From Burkholderiales bacterium (GTDB lineage: Bacteria > Pseudomonadota > Gammaproteobacteria > Burkholderiales > WYBJ01): a DNA stretch of 64,000 nt. Shown in pieces: positions 21,260 through 33,100 of this stretch; position 1 is the stretch's first letter; each line of letters starts with the position of its first letter. Both the position numbers and the translations under genes were made by a program. The notes under the pieces are model-generated. The model ran no database searches. It saw only the letters and a list, made by a program, of their open reading frames with translations, and was not told the DNA's origin. The stretch covers positions 32,377 to 96,376 of the forward strand of contig JALHQN010000017.1 in the NCBI GenBank assembly GCA_022841915.1. The letters run 5' to 3'.

Positions 21260-22035
21260 GCAAAGCGACGATACTGGATGCGCGAACGCTGGTACTGCGT
21301 GCCGGCGCGCGTACGCTGATCTGCGACTTGCAGCTAGACGTGCGCGAAGGAGAGTTTTGGTGCGTGCTCGGGCCCAATGGCAGCGGCAAGTCGACCCTTC
21401 TGCACACGCTCGCGGGACTGCGGCTCGCCGATGAAGGCGAGGTCTGGCTCGATGATCGTCCCCTTCGGCACTGGACTGCGCGCTCGGCCGCCCGCCGCCG
21501 CGCGATTTTGCTGCAGGGACACAGCTACGCGTTCAGCGCCAGTGTGGTCGATAGCGTGATGGTGGGGCGCCACCCGCACTTGGGGCGTTTCGGCTGGCCG
21601 GGAGAAGAGGACAGCGCGTGCGTCGACGCCGCCCTGCAGTGCATGGACATCGCCCACTTGGCAGCACGCGACGTAACTGGTTTATCGGGCGGAGAACGAC
21701 AACGGGTCGCCGTAGCGGCCGTGTTGGCGCAGGATCCCAAGCTCTTCTTGCTAGACGAGCCCACCACGCATCTGGATCTCGTGCATCAGGTCGCGCTGTT
21801 TCGGCACTTGTCCGCGGCGGCGAAGGGCGAAGGACGCGCTGTGGTGATCGCAACGCACGAGTACAACCTGGCGGCACGATTCGCGACGCACGCCTTGCTC
21901 TTGTACGGCGATGGCCGCACCTATGCAGGAACGGCCAGTGAAGTGCTGCGGGCGCAGCGCTTGTCCGATGTGTTCGGGTTCGCGCTCGAAGAATGCTCCG
22001 ACGCGAGCCGAAGAGCGTTCCTGCCCCAGTGGTAG
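21256..22035 (+). CDS. btuD: ABC ATPase (BtuD/FecE-like)
   Basis: GPNGSGKST, LSGGERQR, LLDEPT; ATGA overlap with the permease. Confidence 0.8.
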   Translation: MSKATILDARTLVLRAGARTLICDLQLDVREGEFWCVLGPNGSGKSTLLHTLAGLRLADEGEVWLDDRPLRHWTARSAARRRAILLQGHSYAFSASVVDSVMVGRHPHLGRFGWPGEEDSACVDAALQCMDIAHLAARDVTGLSGGERQRVAVAAVLAQDPKLFLLDEPTTHLDLVHQVALFRHLSAAAKGEGRAVVIATHEYNLAARFATHALLLYGDGRTYAGTASEVLRAQRLSDVFGFALEECSDASRRAFLPQW

Positions 22036-22916
22036 CGCGCGCGATTCGGTTGCTGCGCGGCCTGTTCCTGGGCGTGACCGCGGTGCTTGTTTGCGCGATG
22101 GCGCAGGCCGAGGTCAGCGTCGTCGATGATTCCGGCAAAGCGGTTCGATTGCGTGAGCCGGCACGGCGCATCGTCTCGCTCGCGCCGCATCTGACCGAGC
22201 TGCTGTTCGAAGCCGGGGCGGGCGAGCGGGTGGTCGGTGTCGTGGCATACAGCGATTATCCCGCGCAAGCGCGCACGCTTCCTCGCATCGGAGATGCGCG
22301 AGCACTCGATCTGGAAGCGATCGCGATGCTGCAGCCTGACCTGGTGGTGGCTTGGGGCAGCGGCAGTCCCAAGGCGCAGGTCGAGCGTCTCGTACGCATG
22401 GGTTTCCCGGTGTTCTTGAGCGAACCCGACCTGCTTGAATCGATCGCACTCACGATCGAGCGTCTGGGCACGCTCGCCGGTAGCGAACGCTCCTCGCGCT
22501 TGCGAGCCGAGAGCTTTCGCCAGCGTCTAGCGGCGCTACGCAGCAGCACACGAGGCGTGAGGCGGGTGCGTGTGTTCTACCAGGTGTGGGGGCAGCCTCT
22601 GCTGACTGTGAATGCGCGCCATGTCATCGACGACGCCTTGGGTGTCTGCGGTGCCGACAACGTGTTCGCCCGTTTGAAGGTCGGCACTCCGCGGGTGGAT
22701 CGGGAGGCCGTATTGCTCGCCGATCCGGACGCGATCGTGATTGCCACCTCGGGCGACGACGGACAGACGCATGAAGCGTGGAGTCAATGGCGCAGTCTGC
22801 GTGCCGTGCGTAATGGGCATCTGTTGACCGTCGACGCTAGCCTGCTTCATCGGCATACTGCGCGCATTCTCGATGGCGTCGCAGCCCTTTGTCGGGACAT
22901 GGCGTGGGTGCGCTGA
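22029..22916 (+). CDS. btuF: periplasmic cobalamin-binding protein (start uncertain)
   Basis: RIVSLAPHLTELLF, YSDYP, signal peptide. Confidence 0.8.
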   Translation: MVARAIRLLRGLFLGVTAVLVCAMAQAEVSVVDDSGKAVRLREPARRIVSLAPHLTELLFEAGAGERVVGVVAYSDYPAQARTLPRIGDARALDLEAIAMLQPDLVVAWGSGSPKAQVERLVRMGFPVFLSEPDLLESIALTIERLGTLAGSERSSRLRAESFRQRLAALRSSTRGVRRVRVFYQVWGQPLLTVNARHVIDDALGVCGADNVFARLKVGTPRVDREAVLLADPDAIVIATSGDDGQTHEAWSQWRSLRAVRNGHLLTVDASLLHRHTARILDGVAALCRDMAWVR

Positions 22917-23034
22917 GGCGAGAGGGTCAAGGTCGCCGACGCATATCTGCTATGCTCGCGCCCGGGAGAGTTGCGTGCCACGCTGACCCGCGTACCGTGA
23001 CTTCCCTCTACTCAGTGGACCGTAAAGCAATCCG

Positions 23035-24306
23035 ATGAACTCGCCGCTACGCAAACCGAAAAACCGACCCACCGCTCGCCGCGATCCCCGACCTCAACGC
23101 GACAGTGGCTCTACGGCGCCCGCGCCGGGTAGTCGCAGGCGCAATGTGAGCGGGCCGCGTCCATCGAGGCCTCCAGGAGCTGCGGAGAAGTTCGAATCGG
23201 CGCGCGACGAGTTCGAGGACGGCAATCTGACGCAATCGCCGCGGCGCAACGAGTCGGATGCAGTTACGGTCAAGCTGCAGAAACGGTTGGCCGAGACCGG
23301 GTTGGGATCGCGTCGAGCGATGGAAGAACTCATCGAGTCGGGCCAGGTCTCCGTCAACGGTCGAGTCGCGAAGCTGGGCGCACGCGTCGCGGACACCGAC
23401 TGGATCATGGTGGGCGGCAAGCTCATCGGTCGGGTGCGAGCGAGCAAGGAGGGCGAACCCCAGATCCTGCTCTATCACAAGCCCGAGGGCGAGATCGTAT
23501 CTCGGGACGACCCCGAAGGCCGGCCCAGCGTATTCGATCGGGTGCCTATAGTGAAGCGAGGGCGCTGGTTGGCGGTCGGTCGGCTCGACTTCAACACCTG
23601 TGGCCTGCTGATCTTCACCGACTCGGGTGAACTCGCCAACCGACTGACTCACCCGCGATACAACGCACGACGCGATTATGCCGTGCGTATAGTCGGTGAG
23701 CTCGGTGTCGATCACATCCGCAGTCTCAAGAGCGGCATCAATCTCGAGGACGGACCCGCCCGCTTCGAAGTCGTCGAAGCGCAAGGTGGCGAGGGCACCA
23801 ATCGCTGGTATCGGGTACGCGTTCGCGAAGGTCGCAATCGCCTGGTGCGCCGATTGTTCGCCGCCATCGGTTTCACCGTGAGCCGGCTGATGCGCACGGC
23901 ATTCGGGCCGTTCGAGCTGCCCGCGCGGGTCAAGCGCGGTCAGTGGCTGCGCCTGGATCCGAGCGAAGTCAAGCAGGCGCTCCTTCGTCTTGAGCGCGAA
24001 GAAAAGGGCGAAGCCAGACCGGTGGTGGATAGACCGCTGCGCCGCCTCGCCGAGGCTGGCAAGGGCGGTGCTCGTCAGGCGGCCGCTCGACCGACTGCGC
24101 AGAGAGAACGCGAGCCGAGATCCGGTGAGGCCCGGATACACGAAACGCGCTCGAAAGCGCCTCGGTCCGGGACGGTGCCGGGTGCCAATCCGAATCGCCG
24201 AGCGGCGGCAGCGCCGGGCGCTAGGCCGAATCGCCGATCTGCTGCAACTCCTCTCGACGCAACACGAAAACCGCGTCGTCCGCCCCGTCGATCTCCAGCC
24301 AGGTGA
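23035..24306 (+). CDS. rluB: 23S rRNA pseudouridine synthase (RluB) with basic low-complexity tails
   Basis: S4 domain KLQKRLA..SRR, catalytic GRLDFNT, EGRNR. Confidence 0.88.
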   Translation: MNSPLRKPKNRPTARRDPRPQRDSGSTAPAPGSRRRNVSGPRPSRPPGAAEKFESARDEFEDGNLTQSPRRNESDAVTVKLQKRLAETGLGSRRAMEELIESGQVSVNGRVAKLGARVADTDWIMVGGKLIGRVRASKEGEPQILLYHKPEGEIVSRDDPEGRPSVFDRVPIVKRGRWLAVGRLDFNTCGLLIFTDSGELANRLTHPRYNARRDYAVRIVGELGVDHIRSLKSGINLEDGPARFEVVEAQGGEGTNRWYRVRVREGRNRLVRRLFAAIGFTVSRLMRTAFGPFELPARVKRGQWLRLDPSEVKQALLRLEREEKGEARPVVDRPLRRLAEAGKGGARQAAARPTAQREREPRSGEARIHETRSKAPRSGTVPGANPNRRAAAAPGARPNRRSAATPLDATRKPRRPPRRSPAR

Positions 24307-25183
24307 ACGGCGTCATGGGGAAGGCGGCCTCCACGCTCTCGCGTGCGTGGCCCACTTCCATGACGAGCAGACCCTGGGGCGCTAGAAAATGCGCTGCCCT
24401 TGCCAGAATACGACGCACCAGGTCGAGCCCGTCTTCTCCGCCGGCGAGTGCGAGACGCGGCTCATGGCGATATTCTTCGGGCAGAGCGGCCATCGCTCGC
24501 TCGGTCACGTAAGGCGGGTTGGAAACGATCAGATCGTACCGTGCGTCGTCGGTCAAGGGTGCGAACAGGTCGCCCTCGAGCAGGCGAATACGCGCCGCCA
24601 TGTCATAGTCGGCCACGTTTCGCCGGGCCACTGCCAGCGCCGCCGGTGAGAGGTCGACGGCGTCGATGCAAGCCTCGGGCAGCACATGAGCGAGGATGAT
24701 GGCCAGGCAGCCCGAGCCGGTGCACAACTCCAGCGCGGCGTCGATGCGATCCGGCTCGGGGATCCAGGGCGAGAGGTCACTGGGCAGCCAGTGTCCGATA
24801 TAGGATCTGGGTACGATCGCCCGTTCATCGATGTAGAAGCGGTACGCGCCGATCCAGGCTTCATGGGTCAGGTAAGCCGCGGGGCGGCGCTCGAGGACGC
24901 GTCGCTGCAGCAGTGGCAGCACCTGGTCGATCTCGGCCGGCAGGAGGCGCGCGTCGAGAAAGGTGCCCGCCTGATCGAGCGGTAGCGCCAGCCTGTGGCA
25001 GACGAGATAAACCGCTTCGTCGAGCGCGGTTTCGCAGCCATGTCCGTAGGTCAAGTTCGCCTCGGTGAAGCGCGAGACGGCGAAGCGCACCAGATCGCGC
25101 ACGGTGCGCAGATGCTGCGAGGCGGCATGAAACGTGGCGCCGTGATTGAGCGAGCCTAGGTGCGTGGACGAATCATTAGTCAT
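24221..25183 (-). CDS. prmB: ribosomal protein L3 N5-glutamine methyltransferase
   Basis: YGHG..ALDEA, DERAIVPRS, LCTGSGCLA, SNPPY, HEPRLALAGGEDG. Confidence 0.93.
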   Translation of the reverse strand: MTNDSSTHLGSLNHGATFHAASQHLRTVRDLVRFAVSRFTEANLTYGHGCETALDEAVYLVCHRLALPLDQAGTFLDARLLPAEIDQVLPLLQRRVLERRPAAYLTHEAWIGAYRFYIDERAIVPRSYIGHWLPSDLSPWIPEPDRIDAALELCTGSGCLAIILAHVLPEACIDAVDLSPAALAVARRNVADYDMAARIRLLEGDLFAPLTDDARYDLIVSNPPYVTERAMAALPEEYRHEPRLALAGGEDGLDLVRRILARAAHFLAPQGLLVMEVGHARESVEAAFPMTPFTWLEIDGADDAVFVLRREELQQIGDSA

Positions 25184-25408
25184 GCGTGCTCGTGCTGCAG
25201 CGAATCGAACCGCTGCACTGGTTTTTCGAGACCCGAGGTCGTTGCCTGCGGGGCAGCGGGAGTCGCTCCCGCGTCACGCCGGCGAGCGCTATCGGGCGCA
25301 TCGGCTCGGCTGCTGGCAGTCGTGCCTTGGGCAAATAGTCGTGAGCATGCCCTGCAACCGTGACCGGAAAGCGATTCGATACAGCAACGATTGTCGGGCT
25401 AGGCATGC

Positions 25409-26536
25409 CTAGAGGTTTAGACGAATGCTCGACAGATCGTCGCTGGTTCTCGATTGCGTCGCTGACGATGCGTCCGGGACCTTGGAATTGTTGATTAACC
25501 AAGCGAGATTCGTGGCCGAATCGGCATTCGCCAGCGCTTCTTCATGCGAGATGACACCTTGGGTGTACAACTTGTGGAGCGCCTGCTCGAACGTCTGACA
25601 GCCCGGTGCGAGGCTTTGCTCCATGGCATCCTTGATCTGATTGATCTCGCCGTTCTTGATCAACTCCTGGATATGCTTGGTGTTCAGAAGAATCTCGGAG
25701 GCCGGACACAGCTTGCCGTGGACGTCGCGCACGAGTCTTTGCGAAATGATCGCGCGCAGACTGACCGACAGATCCATGAGCAGGCTGCCGCGTGCGTCGT
25801 GCGGGAAGAAGTTGATGACTCGATTCAGGGCGTAGTAGCTGTTGTTCGCGTGCACCGTGGTGAGGCAAAGATGGCCCGTCTGGGCATAGGCGAGGGCAGC
25901 CTGGAACGTCTCGCGGTCGCGGCACTCGCCGATCAGAATGACATCGGGTGCTTCGCGCATGGCGTTGACCAATGCGTTCTCGTAGGAGCGCGTGTCGATC
26001 CCGATCTCGCGCTGATTGACGATGCTCTTCGCGTGCCGATACATGAACTCGATCGGGTCCTCGATGGTGAGGATGTGGCCCGATTTGGTCTGATTGCGGT
26101 GATTGATCATCGAGGCGAGCGTGCTCGACTTGCCCGATCCGGTGGAGCCCACCACCATGATGAGCCCGCGCTTCTCCATGACCACCTCTTTCAGGATCGG
26201 CGGCAGGCGCAGTTCTTCGACGGAGGGGATGTTGACCTTGATGTGCCGTATGACCATGGCCACGGCGCCGCGCTGCTTGAACACGTTGACCCGAAAGCTG
26301 CCAACGCCCGACTCGACGAGGGAGAAGTTGATCTCCAGATCCCTTTCGAAGGCTTCGATCTGCTCGGGCGTCATGCAGTCGTACGCCATCTTGCGAACGG
26401 AGCTTGCGTCCAGTACCTGGGTGTTGATCGGCATGACCTCGCCCTGGATCTTGATCTGGATCGGGCAGCCGGCTGTAAAGAACATGTCGGAGGCCTGCTT
26501 GTCCGCCATGAGTTTGAACAGGGGGGTGAGTACCAT
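25409..26536 (-). CDS. pilU: PilT/PilU family type IV pilus retraction ATPase
   Basis: GSTGSGKSSTLA, TIEDPIE, QREIGIDT, PDVILIGE, TGHLCLTTVHANN. Confidence 0.82.
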   Translation of the reverse strand: MVLTPLFKLMADKQASDMFFTAGCPIQIKIQGEVMPINTQVLDASSVRKMAYDCMTPEQIEAFERDLEINFSLVESGVGSFRVNVFKQRGAVAMVIRHIKVNIPSVEELRLPPILKEVVMEKRGLIMVVGSTGSGKSSTLASMINHRNQTKSGHILTIEDPIEFMYRHAKSIVNQREIGIDTRSYENALVNAMREAPDVILIGECRDRETFQAALAYAQTGHLCLTTVHANNSYYALNRVINFFPHDARGSLLMDLSVSLRAIISQRLVRDVHGKLCPASEILLNTKHIQELIKNGEINQIKDAMEQSLAPGCQTFEQALHKLYTQGVISHEEALANADSATNLAWLINNSKVPDASSATQSRTSDDLSSIRLNL

Positions 26537-26654
26537 AACTTGTTCCCGAAAGCGCTACGGTTCGAATACGCGCGATCAAACGCTATGTTGTTACGGCGCC
26601 CTGTGGCCGAGCCTGAAGGCCGACGCTGGGGCGGGCGCCCCCCTTCGATGCCCC

Positions 26655-27476
26655 TCAGACCCCGCGCAAGAGTTCGTTGATACTCGTTTTGGCGCGCGTC
26701 TTGGCGTCCACCTGCTTGACGATCACCGCACAGGACAAAGCGTACTTGCCGTCTGCGGAGGGCAGGGAGCCGGCGACGACCACCGATCCGGGCGGAACGC
26801 GGCCAAAGCTCGTTTCACCCGTTTCGCGGTTGTAGATTCGTGTGCTCTGACTGATGAACACGCCCATCGAGATGACGCTGCCAGCGCCGATCACCACGCC
26901 TTCGACGATCTCTGAACGGGCGCCGATGAAGCAGTCGTCCTCGATGATGGTCGGATTTGCCTGCAGCGGCTCGAGCACGCCGCCGATCCCCACGCCGCCC
27001 GACAGATGCACGTTGCGGCCGATCTGGGCGCAGGAGCCCACGGTGGCCCAGGTATCCACCATCGTGCCCTCGTCGACATAGGCGCCGATGTTGACGTAGG
27101 ACGGCATGAGCACGACATTACGGGCGACATACGCGCCGCGCCGGGCCATCGCAGGCGGAACGACGCGAAAGCCTTCCCGCGCGAATCGCTCGTGATCGTA
27201 GGTCGCGAACTTCGAGGCGACCTTGTCGAAGTAGCGCGTTCCGCCGCCTTCGACCACCGCGTTGTCCTCGAGTCGGAACGACAGTAGCACGGCTTTCTTG
27301 ATCCACTGATGGGTGATCCAGTCCGCGCCGGATTTCTCGGCCACGCGCAGTTCGCCGCGATCGAGTTGGTCGACGACCGTATCGACGGCCTTGCGCACGG
27401 ATACCGTGGCGCTCGCGGGCGTAATGCTGGCGCGCTGCTCGAATGCTTCTTCGATGATCGATTGGAGCGGGTTCAT
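26655..27476 (-). CDS. dapD: tetrahydrodipicolinate N-succinyltransferase
   Basis: [43 protein letters not shown]. Confidence 0.97.
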   Translation of the reverse strand: MNPLQSIIEEAFEQRASITPASATVSVRKAVDTVVDQLDRGELRVAEKSGADWITHQWIKKAVLLSFRLEDNAVVEGGGTRYFDKVASKFATYDHERFAREGFRVVPPAMARRGAYVARNVVLMPSYVNIGAYVDEGTMVDTWATVGSCAQIGRNVHLSGGVGIGGVLEPLQANPTIIEDDCFIGARSEIVEGVVIGAGSVISMGVFISQSTRIYNRETGETSFGRVPPGSVVVAGSLPSADGKYALSCAVIVKQVDAKTRAKTSINELLRGV

Positions 27477-27481
27477 GAGTT

Positions 27482-28675
27482 CTACAGACCTTTCCAGAAT
27501 TCGCGGATTCGGGTTGCCGCATCGACACATTCTGCGGTGGATGCCACCAGCGCGATGCGGACGAAATTCTCGCCCGGGTTGGTCCCCCGCGCGGTTCTAG
27601 CCATGAAGCTTCCCGGTAGCACGCTGACATTGTATTCCGCATACAACCGTCGGGCGAAGTCGGTATCCGGGATAGGCGTGCGGATCCAGAGGTAGAAGGC
27701 AGCCTCGGGACGCTCCGCAGGCACGTCGGACCCGAACACATCCAGCACCGCATCGAACTTCTCGCGGTAGAGGCGGCGGTTCTCGATGACGTGCTTCTCG
27801 TCCTCCCAGGCGACCACGCTGGCAGCGAAATTCGCCGGCGGCATCGCCCCGCCCTGATAGGTGCGATACAAATGGTAGGGCTTGAGGATCGCCGCATCGC
27901 CAGCGACGAAGCCCGAGCGCAAGCCCGGTGAGTTGGAGCGCTTCGAGAGGCTCGAGAACATGATCAGCCGCGGATAGCCTTGGCGCCCGAGTTGGTGGGC
28001 CGCCTGCATGCCCCCCAGCGGCGCGGCGCCTTCCTCGAAGTAGATCTCCGAGTAGCACTCGTCGGAGGCGATCACGAAGCCGTAGCGGTCGGAGAGTTCG
28101 AACAGCCTGCGCCAGTCTGCCAGGGTCATGACCGTGCCGGTGGGGTTGCCCGGCGAGCATACATAGACAAGCTGCGTTTTCGCCCAGACGGCGTCCGGCA
28201 ACTGTTCGATGTCGAGTGCGTAGTTCTTCTCGGGCAGCGAATGCAGGAATTCAGGGCGCGCACCCGCGAGCAAGGCCGCGCCTTCGTAGATCTGATAGAA
28301 GGGGTTGGGCATCACGACCACCGGGTCGGGACGGCTGCGATCGATGACTGCCTGCGCGATGCCGAACAAAGCCTCGCGGCTGCCGTTGACCGGAATCACC
28401 TGAGTCGTCGCATCGACATCGCAGATGCCGTAACGGCCGCGGATCCAGCCGACGATGGCATTGCGCAGCGACGGCAAGCCCAGCGTCGTCGGGTAAATCG
28501 CGAGGCCGTCCAGCGAAGAGGTCAGCGCCTCGCGGATGAAGGGCGGCGTCGGGTGCTTCGGTTCGCCGATATAGAGTTTGATCGGGCTGTAAGCAGGGTT
28601 GGGCTCGACGCCATGCAGCAGTTCTGTCAGGCGTTCGAAAGCATACGGTTGCAGCAGGTTCAGGCTGGGATTCAC
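27482..28675 (-). CDS. dapC: succinyldiaminopimelate transaminase
   Basis: [36 protein letters not shown]; upstream of dapD. Confidence 0.92.
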   Translation of the reverse strand: MNPSLNLLQPYAFERLTELLHGVEPNPAYSPIKLYIGEPKHPTPPFIREALTSSLDGLAIYPTTLGLPSLRNAIVGWIRGRYGICDVDATTQVIPVNGSREALFGIAQAVIDRSRPDPVVVMPNPFYQIYEGAALLAGARPEFLHSLPEKNYALDIEQLPDAVWAKTQLVYVCSPGNPTGTVMTLADWRRLFELSDRYGFVIASDECYSEIYFEEGAAPLGGMQAAHQLGRQGYPRLIMFSSLSKRSNSPGLRSGFVAGDAAILKPYHLYRTYQGGAMPPANFAASVVAWEDEKHVIENRRLYREKFDAVLDVFGSDVPAERPEAAFYLWIRTPIPDTDFARRLYAEYNVSVLPGSFMARTARGTNPGENFVRIALVASTAECVDAATRIREFWKGL

Positions 28676-28780
28676 TACAGGCTCGCCCGGGATCGGAAAG
28701 ATCCGATTATATGGGCGCGTATGCGGGCCATGCACTGGATTTCACCAGCCGCGGCGCGCCGGCGCTGCTCGAAAGGGGCG

Positions 28781-29518
28781 TCAATCCCGCATGTACGAGG
28801 GTTCGATCGCACGCTTCCAGAACGGTGTGAAATCCGGCATCGCGCCCCTGAAGACCATGCGAGGCGAATCCGCGAGCGCGGCTCGCACACGCGGCTCCAA
28901 CCGGTGGTCGATGAAATCGCAATCGCAGTCGGCGAGATAGTCGATGACCAATGCGGCTCGTGCGCCGTGCGGGTAGAGGCCGCTCGCAGCGACACCGACG
29001 ATCCCGCCGTACTGGCGGTACAGCGCCTGATCGAGTTTCGAGCGCTCGACCCAGTGCTTGAGCGCTTCCTCCGGGACCGGCTCGATCTGTTCGAGGCCCG
29101 CGTCCACATCGGCCTCGTAGCGCGCCAGGCGAACCAGGATGGCGCGAAAATTCTGCAGGCGCGTCCGGTCCTCGGCCGACAGCGCGACATCGCTCAGGCG
29201 AGCTTCGAGTTCCCTCAGTTTGCGCGCCCTTTGGTTTCGATCGTGTGCTTCGAAGGCACGGTTGTACGAGCGCAGCGCCTGGATTTCGGCGTCGGTCGCC
29301 TGTAGCCCGTGACGGACAATATAGGCTCGTTGTGCGCGGCCCTGAAGCGACTGCAGCACCGTGCGAGCGCAGTCGTGTTCCGAAACGGGGGCGAGGCAGC
29401 GAACCGCTTCTCCATCAATGCGCGCTACGAGCGCAGTGGGCGCTTCGGTCGCGCCTCGCACAGGCAGGAGGATGCCTAGGGCAAAGGACAGCGTCGCGAA
29501 GAAGCGCCTGGCTCGCAC
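28781..29518 (-). CDS. exported hypothetical protein (start uncertain)
   Basis: Signal-like N-terminus, VARIDGEAV, helical core; fills the gap between queF and dapC on the same strand. Confidence 0.6.
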   Translation of the reverse strand: MRARRFFATLSFALGILLPVRGATEAPTALVARIDGEAVRCLAPVSEHDCARTVLQSLQGRAQRAYIVRHGLQATDAEIQALRSYNRAFEAHDRNQRARKLRELEARLSDVALSAEDRTRLQNFRAILVRLARYEADVDAGLEQIEPVPEEALKHWVERSKLDQALYRQYGGIVGVAASGLYPHGARAALVIDYLADCDCDFIDHRLEPRVRAALADSPRMVFRGAMPDFTPFWKRAIEPSYMRD

Positions 29519-29522
29519 GCCC

Positions 29523-29942
29523 CTATCCGCGCGTGCTGGCTTCCGCCGCGATGGGCGCGAGCACGATCGGTTCGGCCGGGGCCCATCCATTCTTGCGCTG
29601 CTCTACGGTCACGGTGGTAAAGATGCCGCCTCGTACGAAGAAGCGTGCGGTCAGTCGCATGAAGCGTGGGGCCACTGCCTTGACAAGGTCGTCCAGAATT
29701 CGGTTGGTGACCGCCTCGTGAAAGGCGCCCTGATTGCGATACGACCAGACGTACAGCTTGAGGCTCTTCAGTTCGACGCAGGTGCGGTCGGGAATGTAAT
29801 CGAGTTCGAGGGTAGCGAAATCCGGTTGCCCGGTCTTCGGGCAAAGGCACGTAAACTCCGGAATCTGCATATGGATGCGGTAATCGCGTCCGGGCTGCGG
29901 GTTGGGGAAGGTTTCCAGGCGTCGGTTTGATCGTGTTGCCAT
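29523..29942 (-). CDS. queF: preQ0 nitrile reductase
   Basis: [30 protein letters not shown]. Confidence 0.95.
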   Translation of the reverse strand: MATRSNRRLETFPNPQPGRDYRIHMQIPEFTCLCPKTGQPDFATLELDYIPDRTCVELKSLKLYVWSYRNQGAFHEAVTNRILDDLVKAVAPRFMRLTARFFVRGGIFTTVTVEQRKNGWAPAEPIVLAPIAAEASTRG

Positions 29943-30124
29943 CTTTGAGTTCTAGGTTAACAGCCAGATTAAATCGGTTAAAATCCCGCCTGCTCGACGA
30001 CCCGCACATGCAGTCAGAGGAGCGCGATTCACGAATGCGGGACTTCCGTCGCTCGTTCGACACGCGTAGCCAGGCAAGCATTACAGCGGCCTCATTATAA
30101 TTCCAGAACTCCAGAAGCACTCTC

Positions 30125-33100
30125 TTGCGCCTCAAGGAAATCAAGCTCGCCGGGTTCAAGTCGTTCGTCGACCCGACACACATCCCCATCCCCGGACAGA
30201 TCGTCGGCGTGGTCGGTCCGAACGGATGCGGCAAGTCCAACGTGATCGATGCGGTTCGCTGGGTACTCGGCGAGAGTTCGGCGCGCCATCTGCGCGGCGA
30301 AACGATGCAGGACGTGATCTTCAACGGCGCCGGCGATCGCAAGCAAGGCAATCGTGCCGCGGTCGAACTGATTTTCGACAACCATCTGGGCAAAGTGTCC
30401 GGCGAGTGGTCGAAGTACGGCGAGATCGCGATCAAGCGGGTACTCGAACGAGAAGGTGCCTCCGAGTACTACATCAACGGTATTCATGTGCGCCGCCGCG
30501 ACGTTTCCGATCTCTTCCTCGGTACCGGGGTCGGGGCGCGCGCTTACGGGATCATCGAGCAAGGCATGATCTCCAAGATCATCGAGGCCAAGCCTGAAGA
30601 GCTGCGCGTGTTTCTCGAAGAAGCCGCCGGCGTATCGAAGTATCGTGAACGCCGCCGCGAAACCGAGCTCAGGATCGGCGACACGCGCGACAACCTGCAG
30701 CGCGTCACCGACATCCGCGAGGAGCTCGAAAAGCAGCTGGAGCACTTGCAGGCGCAGGCCGAGGTGGCGGCGAAGTACCGCGAGCTACAAGATGCCCTCA
30801 ATAACGCGCACCAGTTGTTGTGGCTGGTTCGCAAGCAGGAGGCCGGCTCCCAGCGCAACCGGGTGAGTCGGGACCTGGAGCGTGCGACGCTCGATCTCGA
30901 AGCCGAGATTGCCAAACTGCGAGAGGCCGAGAAGCGTGCCGAAGATCTGCGCGTGCGCTTCTATGCGGCGAGCGACGTGGTATCGGCCGCGCAAGGGGAG
31001 TTCTTTCAGGCCGGATCCGAGGTGGCGCGGCTCGAGCAGCAGCTGCAGTTTCTGCGTACGAGTCGCACGCGGGTCGAGAACCAGTCCTCCCAGGTCAAGA
31101 CCGATCTGGAGCAATGCAATACTCAGCTCGAATTGTCCCGCACCAGTGCCGAGGAGTGGCGTGCGAAGCTCGAAGAAGCCGCGATTCAGGTCGAGGAGCT
31201 GATGGGCAGAGTTGGGGCCGACTCGGAGCGCCTCCCGCTGACCGAAGAGGCTTTCCGCGACGCGCAAGAGACATTGCGCGAACTGCGTGACCAGCGCGCG
31301 CGCATCGATCAGCAGCTGCACGTCCAGGATGCCCGCCGCGAGCACGCCGAGAAGCTGCTGCTGCAGCTCGATGGCCGCACCCGCCGCCTCGAACAGGAAC
31401 GCGATGCGCTCGTCGTGCCCGACGACGGCGCGCTTGTCGAGCTGCGCTCGCGATTCCAGTCGCATGAAGATGAGCTGCAGGAGCTGCGTGCCCGGCTGGA
31501 CGCTCATCGCTACGATCTTCCCCAGTTCGAACAATTCGCCAGGGAAGCGCAGCAATCGGTCGAGGCGACGGCCTCCCGGATAACGGCTCTGGATGCCCGC
31601 CGCTCGGCGCTCGAGGCCTTGCAGGCGCGACTTGCCCGTGGCGAGAACATCAAGTCGTGGCTGGAAACGCACGGCCTCGATGGACGCCGTCGTGCATGGC
31701 AGGGGATGCGCATCGAGCAGGGCTGGGAGGATGCTCTCGAGGCCGTACTCGACGAGCGTCTGAATGCCGTATCGGTCGAGCGCATGGAGCTCGACCAATC
31801 CTGGTGGCGCGAGAGCCCGCCGGCCAAGCTCGCCATTTACAGCGAGGGTGTCCAAGGCGGCTTGCAACCGGGGCCGGCGGAGAGCTGGTGCGGTCTGCGG
31901 CCGCTGTCCGGCTTCGTCACTTGTCTGGATGCTGGCGTCGCGAAGGTGATGGCGGAATGGCTCGACGGCGTGTACGTGGCCGACAGCGCGGCCGCCGCCC
32001 TCGAGATGCGCCATGATGCGCCTGCGAACGTCGCGCTGGTGACGCGCGAGGGCCATCTCTTCACGCGCCACAGCGTGAGCTTCCATGCGCCCGATAGCGA
32101 ACTGCACGGGGTGCTGTCGCGCCAACGCGAAATCGACGACATCGGTGAGCTGATCGCCGCCGAGCAAGCCGTTCTCGACGACCGCCGTGGCGCCACCGAG
32201 GAGCGGGAGAACGCGCTGACGCAACTGCGCAACCGCATCGCCTCCCTGCGCTCCGAGATCGAAGCCACGCAGGAGCAGACGCATACGCTCGAACTCGAGA
32301 TCCTGCGGCTCTCCGAGCAGCTCGATCGGACGTCCCAGCGTGGCATGCAGATCGCAGCCGAGCTGAAGGAAATCGCCGGGCAAGTCGAACACGAGACCGA
32401 GCAGCGCGAAGTCGCGACTGCCGAAGTCGAGAGGCTGCGCGAGGAGCATCAGGATATCGATATGCGCCTGCGCGACGCCGATTCGGCGTTTCGACGCTCC
32501 GAGCACGATCTGGCCGTGCAGCGTCGCACCTTGCAGGACGGCGAACGGGAATTGCAATCGGCCTCGTTCAATCAGCGTACGTGCGCCCAGCGCATCGACG
32601 ATCTCGATTCGGCACTGAGGGTGCTCGAAGAGCAGCGCGTCAGGTTGCTGCAGTCACAGTCGGAGCTCGATACCGATCTGTCGAGATTCGACGAAACAGC
32701 GCTGGCTGCGGAATTGCAGACGGCACTCGCGCTGCGCGGCGAGCGTGAACAGGCGCTGGCGAAGGTGCGTGACGATCAACAAGGGCTGGAAGCCGAGCTG
32801 CGTGCGGTGGAACAGGAGCGTCTGGGTGCCGAGCAGCGCATCGAACCGTTGCGCAGCCGAATCGGCGACCTGCAGTTGAAGGAGCAGGAGGCGCGGCTCA
32901 CCGAGGAGCAGTTCTCGCGCCAGCTCGCCGAGGCGAGTGCGGACGAAGAGGCTTTGCGCGGACAACTCGAGCGCGGCGTTCGCTCCAGCCACCTCAATAC
33001 CGAGATCAATCGACTGACCGAAGAAATCACCGCACTCGGGGCCGTCAACCTTGCGGCGCTCGAGGAACTCACGGCCGCCAGTGAGCGCAAGGCGTATCTC

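Noticed and set aside
29943-30010. preQ1 riboswitch upstream of queF
   Set aside because: AT-rich, but lacks the class I stem-loop and A-rich tail on the coding strand; more likely promoter DNA.
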